Assembly (NCBI GenBank): GCA_004022145.1
Contig: RCNU01000011.1
Reading direction: 5' to 3' (one strand)
DNA: 64,000 nt
From: Paecilomyces variotii
Lineage: Eukaryota
The position numbers and the translations under genes were made by a program. The notes below the pieces were generated by a model that had not been told where the DNA came from, made no database searches, and was given only the letters and a program-made list of their open reading frames with translations. The first letter of the stretch is position 1. Each line of letters starts with the position of its first letter. Positions 26,742 to 38,342 of this stretch are shown piece by piece.

Positions 26742-27492
26742 AGAAATCAATCCGTGTGGTTACCCCAATCAGATGGATCGTTTTCGTTTTGCATTCCTCT
26801 TTTCCAATTCGATTTCCTCCGTCCTCGATAGAATACCACCATCGACGACCTTCTAAAATGACGAATACTCGGGCGAAGACCTAATTTCTATTACCGTTCT
26901 TATATCTCGAACGACTCTTTTGGATATTGCAACTTGCACATATGCAGACTCATAGCCCGTGCTGCTATCGACGCCCCCGACCGCCGTTTGTTGTGCCTTT
27001 AATCTGCGACTTCTGTGCGCCTGGATCGTTTGCTACAAAACCAATTTTGGATCTTTCCGGCCACGTTCGCGGATGCGATCCGATCTGGCTACGGGGTGTA
27101 CCGGAGCCGGCTTGTGTATAGGAGAGAGCTGCTTGCTTTTTTTTATTATTTGGAAACCTTGTTTGGCGTCCATTTCTTGTGCTTGGCCACATCACCACCC
27201 GTTTTCCCTTCGAACCCTGCCACGTTACTAGGGCTGGAAATGATGTTGCGCGCAACTGTCCATTTTTCTTCTCGATTCTTTTTCTGCTGCCCTTCAATTC
27301 TCGCGGTTCGTCCTGGGCTGCTCGGTTCTAGTAGCTGTGAATAGTGTTTCTGGATAATAACCCTCCTTGAGTGCCCGAAATGCATGTGCATCTGCCATTG
27401 GATCTGCATCGCGTAGCCGTCCTAAAAATCAATAAATGAGCGCACAGCTGCTGAGCAGCAATTGATCTCCTCGATGAATATTGATTATTAGT

Positions 27493-27519
27493 ATTATTAT
27501 TATTATTATTATTATTATT
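27493..27519. repeat. (ATT)n microsatellite
   Basis: Run of TATTATTATT... read directly. Confidence 0.85.
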
Positions 27520-28169
27520 GAATTAAATAGTTAGTAGTATCAATTCCTCGACGGAGCTTAAAGCAGAAGTAGACCAGGCGATCGGCCTGCCGACCTCCAA
27601 CCACGCGCGGGCCAATCAATCGGACGCGGGCTCTCCTGACCTTCTCCGGCGCTCCCACTCCGTCCGTTCCGCAACGTCAGGAAGAAACAAATTTGGACAT
27701 GGACGCTCTGTGATCACTCTCCTCTCCTTGGATTCTCTTCCATCTTGAAACTCTCACTACTTGTATTCTCTTTTTCCTTTGTTTTCGTGTGTTTTTCTAT
27801 CAAGTTCTCAAGTGGATAATGGCCCCAGTGCTCTAGCCATGCTTGTCTGGTCCAAATCCACCCGCACTCTCGCATTTTGAACACTCGTCCGGATAGAACG
27901 GATTACCACGGCAGTTCGCATTGGAAGAACACACTTACAATACGTTGGATAGCTTCTTCTCGATCTCCTTTTTACCAATGTCCACCAATTGAATCCGCCA
28001 GATCCGTACTACTCTCCCTTTTCTCCACTCTTCCTCGAAATCCCCACGAATATCAATATTCCCGCTCCCACGCCCCTCTCCTGGAAGGGTGCCCCAGGAA
28101 GCGTACTTCTGTACCTTCCGTCCCTTATTTAAAAATAAGTGATCGCTTCGACTGCTACGCCCCTCAGAG

Positions 28170-31100
28170 ATGCTGTCTGCGAAAACTGCCGGGGCGGGGG
28201 ACAGTCATGTCAATGGCGCCGCCGGCCCTCAGCGCACTCTCACACCCTCCCCGAGAGGTCTACGGACTCCCTCCATCGAGCATCTGAGATCACAAGGGTC
28301 AAACCCTCAGTCGCGGTCGGGGAGCCCATCCTCACTGGGGAAGAGTGCAAGGGCAACGGAGGAACTTGCAAGGACGGCGAAGGCGAGAGAGGAGCAGCGG
28401 ATGAAGGAGCAGGAGGCGGACTTTAAGACGAAGCATGTGGGCGTGATTGGGGTTTTGGGGTGGATACTGTGAGTTGCTGTCGTCGAAGTGATTGCTTGTT
28501 CATTTGAACTGCGGGACGAATCGCTCCTGGATCATTTTTTTCAAGGCGAAGTATGTGATGTGCTGACGCTTCCCTGGTACAAACAGTTTCTTGCATGTCG
28601 TTGGTATTTATTTCTTTACAAGGGGTTTCCTGTTGACCCGGCTGGTTCTGGAAAGTAAATCACAGTGTGATGTGCTTCCTTTCGACGATACAGTATTGCA
28701 AAGGTCTACATTGTCAAGGACTGGTTCGCCTAGTGACGGATGCTGGCACCCAAAAACTTTTGACAAGGCGATCTTTATCATTATTGATGCTCTGCGCTAC
28801 GACTTTACCGTTCCTTTTCGCCCAGCCGCGGAGAGCGAACAGCCGCATATCTTCCACAATAATATCCCGGTTCTATACGAGACTGCGATTGCATCTCCGG
28901 ATAATGCCTTCCTTCTTCCATTCATCGCTGACCCTCCAACAACGACGCTGCAGCGGCTGAAAGGATTGACCACGGGGACCTTGCCAACTTTCATCGATGC
29001 TGGTTCGAATTTTGCGGGAACTGCCATTGACGAAGACAATCTCGTCGCGCAGCTACACGCTGCCGGAAAGAGCCTGGTCCACCTTGGTGATGACACCTGG
29101 CATGCTTTGTTTCCCCAATACTTCAATCCGAATCTGACCCATCCATTCGATTCTTTTAATGTTTGGGATCTCCACACCGTCGACAATGGAGTCAATACAC
29201 ACTTGTTCCCTCTGTTGCACCCGGATAACACGACCAAGTGGGACGTGATATTTGGTCACTATCTAGGAGTCGATCATGCCGGACACCGCTATGGACCGGA
29301 TCATCCTGCAATGGCCGCCAAACTACGCCAGATGGACCAGGTAATCCGTGACCTGATCAAGCAGATCGATGACAGTACCTTGCTCATCGTAATGGGTGAC
29401 CATGGCATGGACGCTAAAGGCGACCATGGCGGTGAGTCTGACGACGAGGTCGAGGCTGCCTTGTGGATGTATTCGAAGAAGGGGATATTTGGCCGCACGA
29501 GCCCTGATTATGTGCTGCCACCGAAGAATGCAAAGGAGCGTCCTATCCCACAGATCGATATCGTCCCGACTTTGTCTCTGCTTCTGGGTATGCCGATTCC
29601 GTTCAACAATCTTGGTTCACCGATCGAGGAGGCATTTGCGGGCAAAGGAGGCTCTGATTTCAAGAACCTCGCGACCGTTAACCGCCTGACATCCGCCCAG
29701 ATCAAGAGGTATCAGCATGAATATGCGATCGCGCGAGGTGTTGATGACAGCCAAACTTCCGGACCACTTGCTCTCTGGACTCACGCGGAGAACGAGTGGC
29801 AGAGGTTGTCCAAGTCTAGCAGGCCCAGCACTGCTGCGCTTCGGGAAGTCTACGAAGCCTACAGAGAATACCAGCGGGACACCCTCAATATATGCCGTGG
29901 TCTATGGGCCAGATTCGATGTCACGAGTATGGCTGAAGGCATTGCAGTTCTTTTCGCAGGAATTGTTGTGGTCATCTTCTATGCACGCGGGCTCAGGGCA
30001 GACCGGACAGAGCTTACATTCCCTTTGCTGGTCCGTGTTAGCGCTGGTTTGGGCGTGGGTGCTGCTGCTGGTCTACTGTCGGGCCTAGTTGGACTGGTGG
30101 AAACACCCATTCTGGAGCAGACGGCGCTTGCTGCGGCGACTGGAAGTATCCTTGGTGGACTTTCGACAACTCTTTCGTTCCCTGGGACCCTCACATCCCC
30201 CCTTCCAAACTCCCTATGGGGCTGGCTTGCCGTATTTTTCACTGTCTCTCAATCGATTGGCTATGCCTCGAACTCGTACACCATCTGGGAAGATGAGATC
30301 ATGCTGTTTTTCCTCACCACCTTTGGTGTCCTCGCAGGTGTCTCTTCGATGCGTCAGAAGTCAACTTCGGATCGGGTCCTTGGAGTTTATCATTCTATTC
30401 TCTTTATTATCTTAGGCCGCCTGGCGTCCTTCTCTCGTCTCTGCCGTGAGGAGCAAATGCCTTTCTGCCGCTCTACATACTATGCTTCCGCCACGTCCTC
30501 AACCTCGGCTCCATGGCAACTCGTCATTCCCTTCCTGCTTTCGCTCTTCTTGCCTGCTGTCGTTCGTTCTTTCTATACAGGCTCAAAATCATACCAGGGA
30601 TCAGCAACGCTCTGGATCGGAATCGCTTTCCGTGTCGGGCTGTTTATTGCTGCTATCTTCTGGACGCTCGATGCTGCGGATGATGGTGAGTGGATGTCGA
30701 TCAGCAAGGAAACACTGAAATCTGTTCGTGTTCTCCTTGCACAGATCGTCCTTGCTGTCGCTTTTGGTGCCGGAACAACCACATTTATTTATTCCAAGCC
30801 GTGTGTGAGCATCAGCGTCTCGCAGGGTGCGCCAGAAAGCGGAACCAAGACGACAGTTACCATCCTTGGCTTTGCGAACGTCCATGGCTCTCGTTTCTTC
30901 CTTCTCGTCATCAACTTCTGTTTGGCTATCATTCTCATGCAGAAGCCTATGGGCCAGGGTGCCATTGGCTTGCAGCTCTGGCAGATTCTCTCTCTTCTCG
31001 AGATTCTGGATACGAATGCTCTCTCCATCGGCAACTCAGCCATAGGTCCAGTTGTCTTGGGTCTTCTGGGTTCTTTCCACTACTTTAAGACCGGCCACCA

Positions 31101-31575
31101 AGCAACCCTCAGCAGCATCCAGTGGGAGAGTGCATTTATTCCTCTCTCGACGATCAAATATCCTTGGTCCCCCCTCCTTGTCGTCCTTAACACCTTTGGC
31201 GCGCAGATCCTTGCCGCTGTGGCTGTTCCACTAGTCGTGCTATGGAAACGCGCCGTCGATACTCGTGGGCGGATACCTGCGCAGACTGCTGGCAAAGCTG
31301 ACTCACCTGTTGGAGCCCCCAGCCCTGCGATCAGCCTTCTTTCAGACGTAGTCCAGGCCGCATCCACCCACATTCTTTACTACGCTACCATCAACCTTGC
31401 TACGACGATCTGGGCTGGACATCTTCGTCGCCATCTCATGCTATACCGCATCTTCAGCCCGCGATTTATGATGGGCGGTGCTGTGTTGCTTGTTGTGGAC
31501 GTTATTGTCATGCTTATTGCCGTGGGTGGACTCCGCTGGAATACCGTGAGCGTCGGAGAGATCTTCGGATGGTGA
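28170..31575 (+). CDS. GPI13: GPI ethanolamine-phosphate transferase 3 (Gpi13/PIG-O); intron 28469-28586
   Basis: GIYFFTRGFLLTR, IIDALRYDF, ADPPTTTLQRLKGLTTG, HYLGVDHAGH and GDHGM motifs; multi-TM C-terminus with HLRRHLMLYRIFSPRF. Confidence 0.94.
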
Positions 31576-32816
31576 TGACGGAGAGAGATCGACCTTACGC
31601 AAGAGAAAAGACGTCCCTCTGTGCAGATAAACAGAGTGCACTGCGCGCACGTCAACTGCCTATGGAGACAGCCCATATCTCTAATGTTCGCGTCCAGCTC
31701 TAGAGTATATCAGCATATGCTGGTCGACTCTTTCCTCCAACGAGGAAAACAACCGGATTCTGGCACGCTAAACCATGTTCTAAAAGTCAAGTCTTTGACT
31801 TGAGCATAGAGTGTACTTCTACTATATTTATATATACCCTGGGACTTCCAAACCCGGAATCCCAAAATCTGAGAGAGAAAAAAAAAGGGGTCGAATTTCC
31901 ATGCTATTTGAAAAGCGGGAATTTCAAAAAGATGCCCTCATTAATTCTCACATGTATGCTTATTAGCTCTCATCCTACCTACCTTTGTCGCTCGTGCGCT
32001 ATATGATAATATATCCGATCTTAACTAGTTACCGTTTTCATTCATTTTGCACTTTGTGCAGAAAATAAATAGAAAAAATAAAATAAAAAGGATGAAGACC
32101 AAGACCCGAGACCTAAAGACATAAAAGCATGCTTTGCTACTAACTGGCCTATGGACTAGTGTAAATAATAAGATCTGATAGTCCAATGGACAAAGGCCAG
32201 CTCGAGTAGACCTGATGATACACGGTACTTACAGGACGTGATATGCACAATGTATTCTTGATTTCCTTCTCTTCGAACCATCGAGAGTGTCTAAATCTAT
32301 AGAAATCCTACTTAAATCAAAATGCAGTACCAATTGAACAACATTATTTGCTCTGGCCTTTTCTTCTCGTGGTTAGATTTTTTTGTGATTATATAGATAT
32401 GGGAGAGTAAGTACACTGTAAGGAGGGGGGAAGAAAAAGTCGTCGATCCCAACGCCATTCCGAGGACTAGATAGTAACTAGAAGTTTAAGACTGATTCTT
32501 GACAGAGATTGCTTGGAAACTCTGTTTGGTATACACTTTTTGGATCCCATCACCGATAGATTATGGAAAGAGACGAAGAGGAAATACAGATTGCATTTTT
32601 TTCTTTCGTATAAAAGTAGAGAAACCTCACAATAAATCACATAACTTTTGGGGGGTATTGGCACATATTACATAGCTATCGCCGACAAGTCCATCAAGTT
32701 GGTACAGTAACGTCAAAATCATAACGATCGTCAGTAGATAGCTGGTCGATTGACCTGCCCAAGGAGAATCAGAGAGACGAGTTGGGTCATGAGACCAGAT
32801 GATCCCGCGGGTCGTT

Positions 32817-35800
32817 TCAACGACTCCAACGAGAGAAGTCCAAGTTTTGAAAGGTGTTGTTTTCCGCCGCGATGTTCCAATCGGTAGCAGCATCTGTTTG
32901 CACAATAGGTCGGTCCTGAACCTCGTCAGAGAACAGATTCGGCTTTGTGTTGCGGCGATGCCCAGGATAGGGCCCTTCAGTATTATCTGCATTTTGCAAT
33001 AGTTGAGCAGAGATACGTTCGCGAAGTCTCTTGATTTCACGCAGTCGATTCTTCCACGAGGATACATGTTCACCGCCTTCTCGATTCCAGACAAGCGAGA
33101 AGACCGAGGCATTGAGTGCGAGGATTCGGACAAACGCAGCGAGGTTCTTCCCCGAAATGACTTTGGGAATTGCAGCAGGCGTCAATTCTGGGAAACCAGG
33201 CTTACACATCACTCTCACAAGATAAAAATATTTGTCAAAGTCCGGCGTCTCATGAATTGCATCATGGTCCGCAATACGGGAAACGGGGCTGATGACGATA
33301 TTGACGAAGTTGAACTGCGATGGTATAGTTTCAAAGTCGAAGGGCAAGTTTGATCGATTGAAGATGATGTTGACGAAATCGTTTCCGATGTGTCGCTTTT
33401 TGTTCACGCAGGCGGGATCAGCTTCGAGATCAGTTGGCATCATGGTCGCAACGTGGTAGACGATCTCTGTGACGCGGTCGCGCCATGCATATGTATATTC
33501 TCCATCAATGTCAGGATGAAGACCCTGAAGGTTGAACTGGGCACCCCTCAGCTGTACTTTTGTACCCAGGCCTGATAGGAAGTGCTCATAATCGGGACTA
33601 CCGCTAGAGTTTGCAAGAATCTCAGCTTCAGTCGTTTGATTCTTGTCAATGTAGACCACACCAATCTTGTGACCATCGACAATATCATTGCGGTCAAAAG
33701 AATTTATCGCTCGACGTGTCATATCATCATCTGGAAGTGGAATTGGTTGCATGACTCTCGGCATCGGGAAAGCGGTTGTCGTCATCTGTAGCATAACATG
33801 ATTCGGCAAAATGGCTGTTCGCGTTGATGGATCGGTTAAGTGAGAATCGGATGTTGAAGGGACCTGGTGTGGAAGCACTGGTGCAGTTCGCTGCTGATAG
33901 ACTGCATAAGTTGTCCCTGAAGCTTGCCGCTTGGTGATTTGCGTCAGACCGGACACTCCTGCCGTTTCAATGGTGACAATGCTCATCCCCACAATCCACG
34001 ATTTCTTCGTTACGGGGCCATCTGTTGGAGACGGCGGGAACGTTTCGAATGGAACAGTATCTCCTAGGTCGGAATATGTTACTCGCTGCATTAAGTCGAT
34101 AAACACCTGGCTTTGCTCCTCGACAACTTCTTTGCCCGTTTCATCCATGAAGATGAGTCGACTGGTGATCCAATTAGCGTGCTTTGAGCGGTCCTGAAGC
34201 TTGAGAGATAAAAACCAGAAGATCATAACGTGATAGGTCAGCGTGTAGACATATTGCGAGACATCGTCCTGCCGTGGTACATCGGTAGTCTCCGACTGCG
34301 CCGAGGCCAGCTCCCGCAAGCCACCGCTGAGTCGACCCGAAATCGAATTATTCCGTGAGGTTGGCGACTCGGATGCTTTATATCGCTGCTCTCTAGATGT
34401 CTGCAAGAAGCGAACACAGATACCGAAGACTGTGCGAATCTCCTCCTCTCGAAGGTTGACATACACGTCGGGCAACCTTGCAAGCAGCGCCAAGAATTCC
34501 AGAATGTGGACCGCGATATTAGACATCGTGATTACTTTTGACATTTTGTCAAGGATAGCATGCAGCGACTTGGTCACAGAGAGAGGAATTTCATGACAAC
34601 ACACTGATAGGGCATGAATACATCCGCGAGACGTTCCATCCCATGAGCCAATAATGCCCATCATGAATGCCCGAACGAGGTCGTCTTCCTCACTCTTGGC
34701 AAAATGTTCATGATAGCTGATTAGTATGGACAAGGAATCGAAAATGCACACGGCAACATCGGCCTTTTTGACTCCTGTCCAGCTCGGCGGCTCGTGGAAG
34801 GACTCATTTTTGATGTGATCGCAGAGCACGCTGCGCAGCAACTTTATCTGAGGCGTGGCATTGCTGAAGAAATCTTTATTGCTTAATTGTTGTCCGAGGT
34901 GAGCAAGGATGTAGCTATATACGTCCCAGTCCGCTTCACGTTGCAAGAGTGCAATAATGGTCTCCAGCCACATATTCACTTTCAGAACTGTCTTTTGCTC
35001 AACTTCCGCCTCCGACATAGTGGAATCGTCGGGAGCTAGAAAGGCATAGGCGTAAGGGCTGGCAGAAGTTGGAGGCTCCTCTGGAAGGCCTTTCGGTCCT
35101 GCATAGGTCCAAGCGGGAGGTGTCCACCTCAAAGTACGGAACTTGGACGATTTGGATAGAACCGACGTGGATTGTTCCTTCATCGAGACCCTCGCTGCAT
35201 GGCCAAGTGCCTCCTCAGTCCTTGAACTGCGCTCGCTTGAACTGTCATCGAGTATGCTTTGAGCCTTCGATCCGACATCGACAGTTCGACAAAGGACTGC
35301 AACGAGGAAATCATTTTCGGAGGGCGAGATAACAATAACAGATCCTGAGGAGTCACAGCGGAGTCTGAATAGCAGCTTCAATGCTGTTAATCGGGAGTCC
35401 GTCGGCCTTCCAGGTGATCTGGCAACTTCCAGAAGAGCTTCGAACAAGATAGACGTCCTGGAGGACGACTTATGCAAATTTCGCAGGAAAATGCGAACGA
35501 GTCCAACCGTGCACGCATTCGACATAGACGGCTCCAAGTTAACCGCGGACGAACGACGAGAACCAGGCTCTAGTGGAACGGGCGCAGATATGCTCTCTCT
35601 CTTTGGATCTTTGCTCATAGGAGAGCTGAGAGTATCCACGAGGAGCTGGAAGGTATCACTATCACTCAAAGCCGAAAGGTCCACGAGAAATGAAACCAGA
35701 GAGTCTAGATATTGCAGGTCGTCCTCGCCGGAGAAGTCCTGCAGTAGAGTTTCAAGTAGACCCTCAGATTTGAAAAGGTTAAATCCATCTTGGTTCAAAA

Positions 35801-37514
35801 AGGCGGCTTTCAATATATCAAGAGAGTTGAGACGGACGTCAGGCGCCTTATCGCGAGGTAGAATGAACCCTTGTATCAGGTTCTTTGCATGGGACAGCCA
35901 GTCCGGATTCTCAGGAAAACAGAGTCGTTCCGTCTTCATAAGATCCAGGAGAAGATTAGCTTGCGGCTGTTCGAGATGCTGATGAAGTTCTTCGAACAGG
36001 CGTCCGGTATCCAACTTTTGTTGTCTGCTCAAAGTCTCCCACATACCTCCCAACGCGGCCGTTATTCTCGCGACATTGGCTAGGATATTAGAGCGTACGT
36101 CATCTGGCGTGCTAGTTCTTGATGGTGATATATGACGATCGGGAGACTCTATCTCAGAAGTCTCAGCCGGCTTATCGATAATTCTGCGGGAGCATGTGAT
36201 GATGAGATCGATAAAGTCAGACCAACTCTCCACTTGCAAAGAAACATGGATGAATTCGCCTTCCAGCATACTCAAGCAGAGTTCGAGGGTGTCCGCGTCA
36301 ACACGGCCTTCATCTCTCTGGACGGCAACCTGCAGGGAGTTTACCAGCTCAGGAAATGATATTTGTGGCATCCCTTCCTGACCGTAAGCGCGGATCAGAT
36401 CGGTAAAGACATATATTGTTCCTCGGATAACATTGAGATTCCGGCTTTGGTTACTCATGGCCTCCTTCAGAAAGGAATACAGGGTCTGGACCATGTCATT
36501 CTGTCGCGGTGATTTCGCAAGATTTCGTACAGCTCTCGATGTCGGCCCAGATAAAGACTTCACGGAAGCATGGATACTGCAGAGGACCTCGAGCAATCGG
36601 ACGAAGCTTCCATCAGGTACCCCAGAATAGAGGATGACGGCGTCAAATATAGCAAGGGAGTTCTTGATGTCTGCGGCCACACTGGTTCTCCTGCAGACGA
36701 GTAGAACTGCTCCAAGTAGCTCCTCTATTTCTTCTGGGGTCGGAGGACTGCGTTGTAACGTGATTAAATCGACGACGAAATGAAGCAGGTCACCGAAATG
36801 TGCCTCATCTTGTTCGAGTCCGTTAGAACGTGGAGTCTTGCCTTTTCTGGCCTTCGCCCGAGCTGACGCGACATGATCGTACAGCGGAACAATGCAGGAT
36901 GACACGACCGGTAATACGGAGCAAGTAGCGAAATCAAGTTTCCTTCCATGATCAGATAACGCTGTCAAAGCATTTATACGAGCAGGAATGACATCGGGAG
37001 CCGATTCCCGCGCGATAGATTCGAAAAGAGCCTGTCTACCGGCTGGTGATAGATCAAGGCGATTTGCAACTGCTTCCAACAATCTTGAACCACTCTTTCT
37101 AGCCTCCGGTGAGACGTCATTATGGATGAGATACGAGGCGGCCTCCCACAAAGCAATTGACTGTTCGGGAGTGAACCATTGCAGCGAGCGAGCAACATTT
37201 TCAGCTTCATCAATAGCTAGTGTGGGATTCTGCCTCTGCTCCAGATTTCTCAGTGAGACCTCGAAGTCGGGAGCACTCGGAGGGTCCGAGTTATTGGAGA
37301 TGATGCTACCACGATGCATTGACTCAAACCCGAATGTGACTCGGCTACCTCGTCGACTATCGATCCCATGTGGTTGAAGTTCACTTCCGTCGGGCTGCTG
37401 TGATACGGGCGAGAGCGATTTTTGACGGCCTGTAGCTAGTGTCTTGAAGACGTCGGCGAAACTCGAGGTAGATGATTTATGCTGAGGAGCTGGGCGTTCA
37501 TTGTCAGAAGACAT
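32817..37514 (-). CDS. TSC2: Tuberin (Tsc2), Rheb GAP
   Basis: Large single ORF with helical N-terminus, tuberin-like middle (CIHALSVCCHEIP) and Rap/Ran-GAP C-terminus (HKIGVVYI...YHVATMMP...KKRHIGNDFVNIIFN). First ATG at 37514. Confidence 0.92.
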   Translation of the reverse strand: MSSDNERPAPQHKSSTSSFADVFKTLATGRQKSLSPVSQQPDGSELQPHGIDSRRGSRVTFGFESMHRGSIISNNSDPPSAPDFEVSLRNLEQRQNPTLAIDEAENVARSLQWFTPEQSIALWEAASYLIHNDVSPEARKSGSRLLEAVANRLDLSPAGRQALFESIARESAPDVIPARINALTALSDHGRKLDFATCSVLPVVSSCIVPLYDHVASARAKARKGKTPRSNGLEQDEAHFGDLLHFVVDLITLQRSPPTPEEIEELLGAVLLVCRRTSVAADIKNSLAIFDAVILYSGVPDGSFVRLLEVLCSIHASVKSLSGPTSRAVRNLAKSPRQNDMVQTLYSFLKEAMSNQSRNLNVIRGTIYVFTDLIRAYGQEGMPQISFPELVNSLQVAVQRDEGRVDADTLELCLSMLEGEFIHVSLQVESWSDFIDLIITCSRRIIDKPAETSEIESPDRHISPSRTSTPDDVRSNILANVARITAALGGMWETLSRQQKLDTGRLFEELHQHLEQPQANLLLDLMKTERLCFPENPDWLSHAKNLIQGFILPRDKAPDVRLNSLDILKAAFLNQDGFNLFKSEGLLETLLQDFSGEDDLQYLDSLVSFLVDLSALSDSDTFQLLVDTLSSPMSKDPKRESISAPVPLEPGSRRSSAVNLEPSMSNACTVGLVRIFLRNLHKSSSRTSILFEALLEVARSPGRPTDSRLTALKLLFRLRCDSSGSVIVISPSENDFLVAVLCRTVDVGSKAQSILDDSSSERSSRTEEALGHAARVSMKEQSTSVLSKSSKFRTLRWTPPAWTYAGPKGLPEEPPTSASPYAYAFLAPDDSTMSEAEVEQKTVLKVNMWLETIIALLQREADWDVYSYILAHLGQQLSNKDFFSNATPQIKLLRSVLCDHIKNESFHEPPSWTGVKKADVAVCIFDSLSILISYHEHFAKSEEDDLVRAFMMGIIGSWDGTSRGCIHALSVCCHEIPLSVTKSLHAILDKMSKVITMSNIAVHILEFLALLARLPDVYVNLREEEIRTVFGICVRFLQTSREQRYKASESPTSRNNSISGRLSGGLRELASAQSETTDVPRQDDVSQYVYTLTYHVMIFWFLSLKLQDRSKHANWITSRLIFMDETGKEVVEEQSQVFIDLMQRVTYSDLGDTVPFETFPPSPTDGPVTKKSWIVGMSIVTIETAGVSGLTQITKRQASGTTYAVYQQRTAPVLPHQVPSTSDSHLTDPSTRTAILPNHVMLQMTTTAFPMPRVMQPIPLPDDDMTRRAINSFDRNDIVDGHKIGVVYIDKNQTTEAEILANSSGSPDYEHFLSGLGTKVQLRGAQFNLQGLHPDIDGEYTYAWRDRVTEIVYHVATMMPTDLEADPACVNKKRHIGNDFVNIIFNRSNLPFDFETIPSQFNFVNIVISPVSRIADHDAIHETPDFDKYFYLVRVMCKPGFPELTPAAIPKVISGKNLAAFVRILALNASVFSLVWNREGGEHVSSWKNRLREIKRLRERISAQLLQNADNTEGPYPGHRRNTKPNLFSDEVQDRPIVQTDAATDWNIAAENNTFQNLDFSRWSR

Positions 37515-38064
37515 GCGCCCCGTTGGACGAAGAGAATAGAGGGAATGGAGAATCCGTAGAGGATTTACTGTTTCTGTGGAGTGCCCAGAGCTAGCGGTCA
37601 ATCACTCTTCTCGATCTAAAGAAGGAAGCTGTCGTTTTCCCCGACAGAGACACCAATACAGCCGTACAGAACGGTCGGACAGGTTGGACCACTATATAGT
37701 AACGAAAACAGAAGACGGAGAATGGCTCACAATCATGCACCGTAGAGCCGCATAGAAACGGTTTGCCGCGAGTATGCGTAATGTGGAACTGTAGAGTACT
37801 TGACTGTACGGGGTGGATGAGGTGCGGCAGAGCACAGACCAAGTATTGACGTCTGCTTCCAGGAATCTGCGGCAGGAGAGAACGCAGAAACAGAGAGAGG
37901 ATGAAATGCAACAGCTGGATAGGCGGGCAGCACGCGATGAGTCAGTCTCGCGTAACAAAAGAGAGAGTTATTGACGGTCCATCTATCGCTATCCGGGGAA
38001 CCTTGACGGCCAGACGATCGGCCCAAAACGGCATCGGCTGGCGGGACCACGTTTCTCCGATATG

Positions 38065-38093
38065 CCATCACGTGATGGGCAGAATCACCCCGC
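38065..38093. promoter_or_regulatory. bHLH E-box palindrome plus an SRE-like site in the TSC2/CSE1 divergent promoter
   Basis: Perfect 14-bp palindrome CCATCACGTGATGG (38065-38078) and ATCACCCCGC (38084-38093), one mismatch from SRE ATCACCCCAC. Confidence 0.5.
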
Positions 38094-38342
38094 CATGGGC
38101 TCACCGCCTAGAAATCGCAACGCCGACCCGCCAAACAAACTGCCTGACAGGGAATCAAGCTAAATTTACGACCTTCTCGCCTGGATTCCAAAAGGCAAGG
38201 ACATCAACGCAGACACGGAGCAGCGCTCGACACAGAGCGGACAGGATAGAAAGGTTTCTCAGCTGCAGTACCATCCAGCTTCCTTGAATAGTGTGCTTAT
38301 CTCCTGTTTGTTGACTGTCAGCCACTCCGTCCTCCGCCCAAA

